This document shows positions 43,301 through 54,249 of a stretch of 64,000 nt of DNA, piece after piece. Position 1 is the stretch's first letter, and the number at the start of each line of letters is the position of its first letter. The DNA is from Eledone cirrhosa (taxonomy: Eukaryota). The translations under genes and the position numbers were made by a program. The stretch covers positions 230,702,001-230,766,000 of the forward strand of contig OZ024741.1 of NCBI GenBank assembly GCA_964016885.1, read 5' to 3'. The notes below the pieces were generated by a model, which made no database searches, was not told the origin of the DNA, and was given only the letters and a program-made list of their open reading frames with translations.

Positions 43301-45680
43301 AATAATAATAATAATAATAATGCTTTCTTTATTGGCCACAAGGGCTGACATCAAGAAAAAACATTACAGACGGCACAGGACGGTACAGGACAGTACGATG
43401 TGGGTGTTGTGCTTGTAAATAATGTTTATTATTTATACAAGAAGAAAAAAAAGGACATAGAAATATACATATATATATAAACAATAAAAATGAATATTGA
43501 AACAATGAACAATTCCCCAATAGGCGGGAAACCTCCGAGGGTTACTCGTAGCGGAAAGAAGACAAAAGACCACGGCCATCCTGAACACGAGGACAAGCGC
43601 ACTCTCAATTTTTCCATTTCTCAAACTACAGACGTATATTCAGAGCGGTCCCGTTCACTCGGACCATTCTCGCTACATTCACCCACCTTTCAACAAACTT
43701 GCTAGAAGGCAGCACTTGCCTCTCCACCCTGATTTTCCTCTTCAAGTGAAACTTGAAAACGTTAATTAGGGATTCGCCGAAGAGGTAAGTGTCTGTCTTT
43801 AACCCTTTCAACCTTGTCCACCACACAATCTCTTTCGCCATGGCCACCAGGCAGATGAAAACCGCCTGCCCTTCCTCCTCGAAGGAAGACGGCGTGACCA
43901 TCTTCAAAATGGACTCAGTCGATAACCGGATCAGTCTAACGCGCGACAGCAACTGTCGACATAGCTCCACAAGTCAGCAATGTTCGGGCACTGAACGAGT
44001 GCGTGCTGGACGGTTTTGTTGCTCTGCGCGCATCTTGAACAGGCTCGGTTGACGGCACTTCCGTGCCTGTAGAGCATATCTCGAACCGGCAGCGCTCCCC
44101 GGTAGCACTGACAGGCCAGGGATATTTGGAAGTTATCCATAGGCTCTGGACTGAAACTTCTCCGGAAGAGAGCAAACAGCTGATCTTCTTCGACGCCCAG
44201 GATCTCTCCGAGAACGTCGTCGCTCTTCCCCTACACTAGTCCTCTATAGAACGCCGAGGTGGATGTTCCACCGATACTGGTGCCCAGCTGGCAGAGGGCA
44301 GTGAGCGCCTGGAGACATTCCAGTTTCCAAGCGCTATCACTCGGTCTTTTTCTGACCAAGAACTGCAGCTCCGTCAAGGAGATGAACTGTGGGAAAACGT
44401 GCCTGGCGAACGGTTACCGCACCTGTTCACCGTCAACGAAGCACCACAGATGTCGCAGCCACAGCGCATGTTTGCACTTCATCAGCCATGGCATGCCCAG
44501 TCCTCCACGTAACGGGTGTTGACAGCATATGGATCGTCTGACCATGGGAGCGCGTCCCTTCCACAAAAAGCGAAAGAGGAGGCGCTCCATTTTGGTGAGA
44601 GTTGGGCCGGGGCAAAGGACGACGGTGAGGCGGTAGCAGTGACGGATACGATGTACGAATTCGCCACCTCCCCCCGGCCTTTCAGGGACAGCTTCCTCTC
44701 GGCCCATTTCTGGGTGAGGGATGCCACCTTGCTCGTCACCTCGTTCCAGTTTTTCTCCATCTGGAGGTCCGGTCCGAACCAGATCCCGAGCAATTTAACC
44801 GGTCCGTCCTTACAACGCCCCACAACGCTGTCGGACGGCATGGACTTGCCTCTCCAGGTGCCGAGCTGCAAGCCCACCGACTTTTCCTGGTTTATCTTTG
44901 CTCCTGTCACAGCTTCGTTAACCTTGAGAGCGGTGCCGAGCATCTGGACGTGTCTGGTGCTCGACACCACCACGATGACATCGTAGGCGTAACCAGACTC
45001 GGATTTCCCGCATCCTAGTTCACGTGGCAAGCCCATCATCGCCCCCAGTTTGTGCAGTAACGGCTCGAGAACCAATACGTACAAGAGGGACAAGAGGGGA
45101 CAACCCTGGCGGACTGAGCGCATGATGATGAACGGCTGCGACAGGTGACCATTCACCCTCACAACTGGGCAGATGTCGCTGTACATCGCAGCGATCCAAC
45201 CCCTAAAAACGGGACCGAAACCGGCTGCCTCGAGGACCGCCGCCAGTTACCGATGGTCGAGCCTATCGAATGCTTTGGATTGATCCAAGTTGATCAGGAC
45301 CCTACCCGTGTCAGGCTCTCTCTATGATGTATCGCATGCGGTGGAGGTTGTCGTGTTTGGATCGTGTATGGATCTGTCGTTGCTAAAACCTTGGCCAAAA
45401 TCTTGAACTCTGCGTTTCGCAGGGTTATGGTCGTGAAATTATCGATAACATCCCCCGTGATCGGGTCTTTTCTCAGCAGCGCCACCGCTCCCCGGCTCAC
45501 AAAACTGGGAATGTTCCCGTTCTACTGCCAGTTGCAGTAGACGTCTGCCAAGAGGTCACCGAACAAGTCTGGCATAAATGCATAAAGCTGGTAGGGAAGA
45601 CCATCCAAACCTGGCGATTTACCCCTTGTGCAGTTAGCCATCACTTCCCGTATTTCACCGGCTGTTATTGGCTTTTCGAA
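43301..45680 (-). mobile_element. 5'-truncated Tx1 LINE copy B flanked by (AAT)n
   Basis: KSPGLDGLP, LDQSKAFDR, SVRQGCPL, C..C..HAL..C zinc finger; 3' UTR ends AATAAAGAAAGCA(TTA)n. Confidence 0.9.
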
Positions 45681-45695
45681 ATAATAATAATAATA

Positions 45696-46438
45696 TTTGG
45701 CTGCGCAAGAGCAGGCCCTCAATACGAAGTGGGTGAAACACCATATTTACAAGGAGGAGGCTAGCCCACTGCGTAGGATCTGTGGAGAGAGAGAGAGAGG
45801 AGACAGTGGGACACTTGTATCCGAGTGTTAACACCAAGCCCAGACTCAGTATAAAGGCTGGAGACATGATGTGATGAGCAGGGTGATCCACTGGCACCTA
45901 AGCAAAGTAAACAATTTACCACATTCTGAGATGTGGTATGAGCATAAGCCAGAGTCGGTGATAGAAAACGATCAGGTGAAGCTGCCATAGGATTTTAGGA
46001 TACAGACGGATAAGAAACTGGAACACAATAGGCTTGACCTGGTGGCTTTGGACAAGGAAAAAAGATCGTGCCTCAGTGTAGATGTACCCTGCCCATTTGA
46101 CACTAGAGTGCAAGAAAAGGAGAGCGAGAAAATGAACCGATACCAGGACTTAAAGTGGGAGGCAAAAACGATCTGGAACTGCCATGAATTCAGAGTCGTC
46201 CCGATTATCATAGGTGCACTTGGTACTAACTCAAAGAGTTTCCAAGTATGGTTAAATATAATTAGTCCAGCCCCGCTTTTTGGAACATTTCAAAAGGCAT
46301 GCTTGTTGGGAACATCAAGAACCCTCCGATACGTCCTGAATATCTGAGGCTGCAGGTAGCGGCTTGATACTCATTTCAACAAAATTTCCAGTTAAATAAC
46401 ATAAATGACTGAGACTCAAAAATAATAATAATAATAAT
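45696..46438 (+). mobile_element. 3' fragment of R4/Dong LINE with (AAT)n tail
   Basis: AAQEQALNT, CRIC..H..C, RHD, HNRLDL..SVDVPCPFD..EKMNRYQDL, VVPIIIGALG, QKACLLGT. Confidence 0.88.
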
Positions 46439-49400
46439 GCTTTCTTTATTAACCACAAGGGTTTACATAAAGTAGACATTAAGGACTGTACGGGACAATA
46501 CAGCACTGCGTGTAAACAAAACAAAAAACAGAGGATGTAACAAAAAAAGAAACAACGAAAAATTCCCCAATAGGGGAGACTTCCGAGGGACATTCGTGGA
46601 GAAAGCCCATTAAAAAAGCCACGATGACCCTGACAACCAGGGCAAGTGCCCTCTCCCAGTTTTCTAGCTTCAATTTACAGGCACATACTCAGAGTAGACG
46701 CATTCACACGGGCCATTCTTGCCTCTCTCACCCCTCTTTCAACAAAATGCTGGGAAGAGAGCACTTCCTTTTCTACTCCTGATTTTTTTTAAAAATGAAA
46801 TTTGAAAAAGTTAATCAGGGCATCACCGAAGAGGTAAGTGCTCGTCTTTAGCCCTTTCAAACGTGTCCACCATACTATCTCGTTCTTCATGGCCACCAGA
46901 CAGATAAAAATTGCCTGCACTTCCCGGCTAAAGGAAGAGGGCGGGGCAATCTTCACGGTGGGCTCAGCAAATATCCGGATCCTTCCTACTGCGACAGTAG
47001 GTGTTCGGCATAAACCCACAAGTCAGTAATGCTTGGAAACTGGGCGAGTGCGTGAAGGGCGGTTTCGTCGCCCTGTGCGCATGTCGGACATGCCCTGCTG
47101 ACGGCACCTCCATGCGTGTAGAGTTTATCGCGAATTGGCAAATCTCCTCGGTAGCACTGCCAGACCAGGGATTTCTGGAAGTTGTCCATTGGTCCCGGCC
47201 CGAAAGTTCTTCCGAAGAGATTGGCTAGTTGATTTTCGTCGACGCCTAGAATTTCCCCAAGTACGTCGTCGCTCTGCCCTTCCACTAATCCTCTATAGAA
47301 CGCCAAGGTTGAGTTTCCACCGATCACATTGCCCGATTAGTCGAGGTCTGTGAGCGCTTGAAGACATTGCAGTCTCCAAGCGCTTCCTCTCGGTCTTCGC
47401 TTGACCCAGGACTGCAGCTCCGTCAAGAGACGAGCTGGGGAAAGACGCGTCTAGCAAACGGCGACCACACCTGATCACCGTCGAGGAAGAGGTGGAGATG
47501 TGGTAGCCTGAGCGCGTGTCTGCGCATAATCAGCCACGGCACGCCCAGGCCTCCACGTAGCGGGTCTTGACAGCAATGGACCACCTGATCATCGGAGCGC
47601 GTCTTTTCCACAAAAAGCGAAAGAGCAAACGCTCCAGCGCAGTCAGGCGAGGCTTAAGACAAGGCACGACGGTCAGGCGGTAGTAGATGACGGACGCGAT
47701 GTACGCGTTAGCCACCTACGCTCGACCTTTCAGTGATAGCTTCTTCTCCGCCCATTTCTGGGTGAGATAATCCACCCTGATCGTCACCTCGTCCCAGTTT
47801 TTGTCCATGTGGAGGTTCGCACCGAACCAGATCCCTAGCAATTTAACCGGTGTGTCCGTCCAACACCCGACGACGCTGTTGGACGGCATGCTGGACGGCA
47901 TGTTGGACGGCATGTTGGACGACCTGCCTCTCCAGGTGCCGAGTTGCAGGGCCACCGACTTTACCTGGTTGATCATTGCTCCTGTCGCTGCTTCGTATTC
48001 TCTTAGTGTAGTGCCGATCGCTTCGATGTGTTTGGCATTTGGCACCACTACGGGGACATTGTTCGCATACGCTGACACGGATCTTCCGCATCCTAGTTCG
48101 CGCGGGACCCATCTCAACGTCTCCAGTATGTGCAGTAATGGCTGGAGAGTCAATACGTACAAGAGAGACCGAGCGCATGATGTTGAACGGTTCAGAATGG
48201 TGACCCTTCACTCTCACCACAGAACAGATCACTCTCACCACAGAACAGATGTCGCTGTGCATGGCAGCGATCCAGCCTGTGAAGACGGGCCCAAAGCCAG
48301 CCGCCCTCAGGACTGCCGCCAATAACAATGTTGGACCCTATCAAAAGCTTTCGACTGATCTAAATTGATCAAGGACCCACCCGTGCCAGGTTCCCTAGCT
48401 ACCCTCTCTACGATGTATCGCATGAGACGGAGGTTGTCGTGGAAGGATCTGTCGGGAATGGCGCATGTCTGCGCCTCTCCCACCAGACCACCAACGACAA
48501 GCGCCAATTTCTTTGCTAGCACCTTAGCCAAAATCTTGAACTATGTGTTTAGCAGAGTTATGGGCCTGAAATTATCTATGTTATCCCCCTTGTTCGGATC
48601 CTTTCTCAGCAGCGCCACAGCACCTCGGCTCACAGACCTGGGAATTCTCCCGTTCTGTTGCCAGTTGCAGTAGACGTCCGCCAAGAAGCCTCCGAACAAG
48701 TCTGACACCTGTACGTAAAGTTCATAGGGCAGACCATCCAAACCAGGCAATTTACCCCTTGTGCAGCCAGTCATTGCCTCCCGTACTTCAGCGGCTGTTA
48801 TCGGATTTTCGCAAAACTCCGCCTCAGTGCCCGAGAGCCGCGACAGTCCGTCGAGGTAGGCATTAAAGTCCATCCCTTGATCCGGCCCACGGCTGCCCCC
48901 GAAGAGCTGAGCGAAGTGTCGCTGAAAAGCTTCACACATTTGCTCGCGAAGAGTAGCATGCACCCGTCGTGGTCCACCAAAGACCGGATCGTGACTTTGT
49001 TGCCACGACGCGCCTCCGCCACTCGGGTCCATTGAACAGCTTTTGTCCCCTCGTGTCTGAGAGCACGCACCTTAGCTCTGACAACGCAGCCTTCGTGCTT
49101 TGTATTGAAGAATTGGTCAAGGGCCAATTTCGCCGCAAGTACGTCGATCGCGATGACTTTGCTAAGCGCCTTGTCTAATTTTCTAACTAGTTCTCCCTTT
49201 ACTCTATTTTTCTCTATTGCTAAAGCCTTACTAAACCTAATGGACTCTATTCTAATCACTCTTTTCAGAGCAAACCAGCATTTGTAGTTGACGATGGCCC
49301 CCGTCAACGCCCGCTTAACTAGTTCGCTAATCCGGTCTCTGTAAGGCCTTTCGCGCCGTTAATAAGGCATTTAGCTTCCAGTAGCCGGGTCCATGTCTAT

Positions 49401-49745
49401 GAAGCCTATTTAAGTCAACCACACCGATCAAGAATGTGTGGTCCGTGTAGTCGACTATCTTGAATTGTGGACAGCCTATGCTAGACCTCTCTATTTCGCT
49501 ACAAAATACTCTATCGAGATATGATCTGGATGACCCGATCCAGTTTGTCCAAGTCCACATTTGCACATTCAGGAAATCCAATCGGTACCTGTCCGACAGT
49601 TGAAAACGCCTGAGTAGGTTTGTGAGGCGTTTACACCCTCCTCCCCTATTCGCTAACCACACACAATCCCAGCGTGCATGTAAGATCCCGTTTCAGTCGC
49701 CCACTAACACTAGAGAACGGGACGGTCCAAGAAAGGTCTCCAGAT
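46421..49745 (-). mobile_element. Tx1 LINE copy C (near-complete ORF2, decayed)
   Basis: APE SYLDRVF/TDH, GPGYWKLN, PGLDGLP, NFRPITLLN, LDQSKAFDRV, SAYA; same 3' end AATAAAGAAAGCA(TTA)n. Confidence 0.9.
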
Positions 49746-49869
49746 GTAGGTTGAGATGTAGGGTATGATTCTTTTCCTTGTTTTGGTTTTGTTTCTCTGA
49801 GGAGTTAAATCATTTTGTTTTATTTTTTCCTTTACGAATGTTATCGTTGATTATATTTAGAGAGTATTT

Positions 49870-50140
49870 TATTGAGTCTATCATACATATCTTCTAATCT
49901 ATGGTCTCTTGTTCTTGTGTTTGAAAATATTGCGCATATTCGTTTAGCTATGTTAAGTGGAATGTTACTGTGAGTATGAACTGGATGAGCTGATATGAAG
50001 AGCAGGTACTGTCGGCAGTCGGTGGGTTTGAAAGAAATGTCAGTTCTAATATTGTGTTTCTTTTTGTTATTAGTGTGACTAAAAATGGGAGGTTTTCGTT
50101 GTTAAATTCCATAGTGAATTGGATATTAGACTTTATATCA
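49870..50140 (-). mobile_element. decayed Penelope RT C-terminal fragment
   Basis: NIQFTMEFNNENLPFL, similar to the family G RT C-terminus. Confidence 0.7.
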
Positions 50141-51751
50141 TCTATAGGAGTTCCCTTGGTTAAAACTATTTGGACCAAATTTTCAGTTTAAAGATAACAC
50201 AATAGCTTGACGTGCTCCTTTCAACATCATCTACTGCATAATTTCACTCTCTTGCAAATGGTGCAGAGATACAGTGTCACTCCTTTTAATGTTTTAACTA
50301 GATAGAGCAGAACAATGCAATATTCTTACGGTTTGTGAGGTTTATATTCATGTAGATGTATAATCTTGTATCGTCTTTTCTTTCGATGATTATAGGCTTT
50401 CCAGAGAACTACTACACTACAACCGATTCCCGATTGGATTATTTACTGTGATCAAAGGAAAGATTAGCTGCAACAAAAAAAATGTCGCATTCTTCTTCCC
50501 ATTTTTATAATATCTATGAATATCAGAAACTATGAAAAATTCCGATCCAATAACAATAAATAATAAATAGTTTGATAATACATATATCGCCTATCGTTAT
50601 TTAAACGTTTCTCAAAGTTAGATACAAACCACATATGGCACACTTGTCTCGATTGATGTTCTGTATGATGTTCCTGTTGAACACATTGTACATTGTTTTT
50701 AATTGCGTGTCATATAAATAGATGACTATTATTGTGGACAGGAAAGGTTATGGGAAATGTTTAACATGTGTGATAGGTTTGATAAAAAGAAATACGAGAG
50801 TTAGCAAGTATACAATGAATATGCATGATGTGGAAATGTTATCCAGATATCTAGATCTGAGAGACAGACGGTTATAGCAGCGATATAAAAAAAAATAGTC
50901 TGCATTTTTATAAATGTCCTTCTTTTCGACTTGATCAATACTGATTTACGTTCAGCAATATCATTGATCTGCATATACGAAGAGTATTTCCATGTGAGTT
51001 ATATTTGAATTTGTTGAGTTAGATACTGATCGAGTTTGAGTTATCTTTTTGGCTCTTAACAAGACATTTAATTGTTTCTATTTTTGGCACCAGATGTCTG
51101 TAAAATTGGTTTCGTAAGATATATGAATACATAATATTTGTTTTCAAGTTTGAGGGTCTTAAGAGTCCATTAATCATAATTACAAAATACCAGGTATTAA
51201 ACATATATATGTTGTGATATAGGTGTTCCTGTTTGTAAAACTTATCCTCTCTACCTTGACGGATGCTCTTATGATCTCAGATCCCGAATTCAGTGTTTGT
51301 TTGGTGAGATTCGATGGGATTGCTTACAGATAACAGCTAAATATGATACACTAACGAGGAGTAAATTGTAACAAATTTGCCTTACTGCCTGCGCCGTTAA
51401 GCAATAACAAAATAGGTGATTAAGAAATGGATGAATATGGGAGACAGTATGCCAACGTGGAGAGCATTAGATTTGATAGAATGGCGACCACGCAGAGTTT
51501 CATCGGCACACGTAACACATGTTAGCAACTGATTAAAGTGTTGAGCTTCTGTAGATCTATCTCGGCAAAAGACATGTGATGCAGGGTGTAATTGATTTCA
51601 GTTGTATCCATCATCATTCAGATGATGAAAGTATTACGTATGTGATCTTTGTTAATGAGATTGTTCTTGAACTGGTACGGCCAGAGAAAGAAAGACAGAC
51701 AGATAGATAGATAGATATACATGTTTCTTTATTAGACACAGGGGCACAAAG

Positions 51752-51810
<59 letters not shown>

Positions 51811-51814
<4 letters not shown>

Positions 51815-53700
51815 TTATTTATTAACCAAAAGGGCGCACAAGAAAAGTGGACAAAACAAAGACATGCCGGCGATTTTACATACAATCGTGTAAAAGTATA
51901 TAAGGCAAACAATTATAACAATCGAAATCCCCAATAGGAGGCAGGCGCCACAAATGGGTTGTTTAATACCCCGTCGATAGAACAACCCTCAACTTCAGAA
52001 GCGTGTTGTGCATATGCCCCTTTCTTCCTTTTGCTCTCTTATTCAACCTATAGGTTTATATACAGAGAAGGCCCAATCACTCGGGCCATTTTTGCCACAT
52101 TCACCTACCTTTCAGTAAATTTACTGGGGTACAGTGCCTCTCTCTCCATTCTGATTCTCCTTCTAAAGTCGTATCTAAAGAAGGAAATGAGTTGTTGTCC
52201 GGAGAGAAAGGCATCTGTCCTCAGTCCTCTCAATCTCGTCCACCATATAACCTCTTTCACCATAGCCACTATACAGAGGAAAACCGCCTCTCTTTCGTTT
52301 TTGAAAGAAGTTGGCGGGTTGATCCTTACTATGGACTCGGCAGTCAACTGGATTTGTCCCATTCGCGACAGCAGTTGTTCCGCGTAGTTCCACAGGTCGG
52401 TTACGCCCGGGCAGGGTACAATTGCGTGCAGGACGGTTTCAATGTCCTGCGCGCATCTTGGACACGTCCTCTTGAAAGGATCCCTGCCGGGGCGTCTGTG
52501 CCTGTAGATCTTGTTATGAACTGGTAGAGCTTCTCGGTAGTACTGCCAGGCCAGGGACGTCTGGAAGTTGTCCATAGGTCCCGGGTGGAAAGTCCTACCA
52601 AACAGACTGTTGAGCTCATCGTCTTCGACGTCCAGAGTCTCCCCCAGCACGTCTTCGCCCTTGTAACGTACAATACCTCTATAGAATGCCGAAGTGGAGT
52701 CTTCACTGATTCTTGTACCCGCTTGCTAGATCAATGTGAGCGCCTGAGCGCATTCAATGTGCCGGGCGCCCATCGTTTTTGGTCTTTTCTTGACCCAGAA
52801 CTGCAGCTCCGCCAGCGAGATGAGCTGCGGGAAAGCCTGTCTCACAAACGGTGCCCACACCGGTTGGGGGTCGGTAAGGAATACCTAGAGATGCCGCAGC
52901 CTCAGCGCATGTTTGCGCATCATCAGCCACGGCATTCCCAGCCCTCTGTTGGAAGGGTGCTGACAGCAGACGGATCTCCTCATCAGCAGAGACTGCTTCT
53001 TCCAGAGAAACTGGAAGAGCATGCGTTCCATCTTGGCAAGGTGTTCACGGGGACAAGGCACGACAGTCAAGCGGTATTAGATGACGGACGCTATGAAAGT
53101 GTTCGCCACCTCCGCTCGACCTTTCAAGGACAGTTTGTACTCTGCCCACTTCTGGATGAACGCAAACACCTTGGGCGTGACCGCGTTCCAGTTTTTCTCC
53201 ACCTGAAGGTCTGGACCGAGCCAGACCCTGAACAATTTCACCGGTCCGTCCAGCGTCCAACGACACTGTCGACGTCATTGGTTTGCCTCTCCACGTACCG
53301 TGTTGCAAACCGAAAGACTTGTCTGGGTTTAGTTTTGCTCCCGTCAGCGTTTCGTATTCTTTCAGTAACTTTCCGATCATACCGATTTCCGAGGTGCTCG
53401 ACACCATTACCGCCACGTCGTCGGCATAAGTCGAAGCCGCTTTGCGCAGTCCCGGTTGTAGAGGGATGCCCTGCAACAGCTCCAATCTCCGCAGTAGTGG
53501 CTCTAGAGTCAATACCTACAGAATGGAGGCGAGAGGGCATCCCTGTCGAATGGAACGCGTGATTGCAAACGGCTCCGATGGGTAGCTGTTCACCTTGACC
53601 CTCCAGCAGATGCGGGTGTGCAGCGCCTCGATCCAGCCTCTGAAAACGGGACCGAAACCGGCCGCCATGAGAACCGCTTCCAAGTATCAATGGTCGACCC
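51811..53700 (-). mobile_element. 5'-truncated Tx1 LINE copy D flanked by (GATA)n on both sides
   Basis: RQGCPL, TYADDV, GLGMPW, CPRC..H..C; (GATA)n at 51752-51813 and 53701-53748. Confidence 0.9.
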
Positions 53701-53707
53701 TAGATAT

Positions 53708-53748
<41 letters not shown>

Positions 53749-53774
53749 CAGGGAGAGAAAGAGAGGGATAGAAA

Positions 53775-54088
53775 GATAACAGCTCCGATGATATGAGCAT
53801 GTGGTTAGAATGCCTAAAGATATAATCGCTGGACAGAATTTACAAGCAAAACCAACCGACATGACACCCAGGGCTAATCTCTGAGCAAGATGGTTGGATA
53901 ACATCCATGAGATTGGCTGCTCCCGCCCGGGGTTCAGCATAATCAATTGGAGACGGTTGCTTCTGACATGATCCGCTGGAAGGAATGTTTGGGCACTCTG
54001 CATCCATTAACCTCTCAGGATTGAGTGGAAGAAGAAGAAGAAGAAGAAGAAGAAGAAGAAGAAGAAGAAGAAGAAGAAGAAGAAGAAG
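53775..54088 (+). mobile_element. 3' end of an RTE-type LINE with (GAA)n tail
   Basis: EHVVRMP..RWLDNI..ASD..W, then (GAA)n at 54028-54088. Confidence 0.65.
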
Positions 54089-54249
54089 GTTTACATGAAC
54101 GAAGTGGAGGATAACATACAAGACGGTGCCCAAAGCCCTATGCCCATGTAATTCATTTCTATGGTCGGAACACAAGCGTTAAAGTTGTCCGAGATATTAA
54201 CAACCTGAAGAATATCAGGAAGATGACTTACGCTGAACTCCAAAATTCG

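Noticed and set aside
47878-48250. 12-bp x3 and 21-bp x2 tandem repeats within Tx1 copy C
   Set aside because: Ordinary slippage duplications in a dead copy.
50170-51680. Unassigned unique-looking sequence (also 61300-62200 and 63500-64000)
   Set aside because: No recognisable ORF, splice pair or structure; needs a database search.
52585-53562. 325-aa plus-strand ORF, also 40769-41557 and 47801-48325
   Set aside because: Antisense shadows of GC-rich Tx1 ORF2 with no independent motifs.
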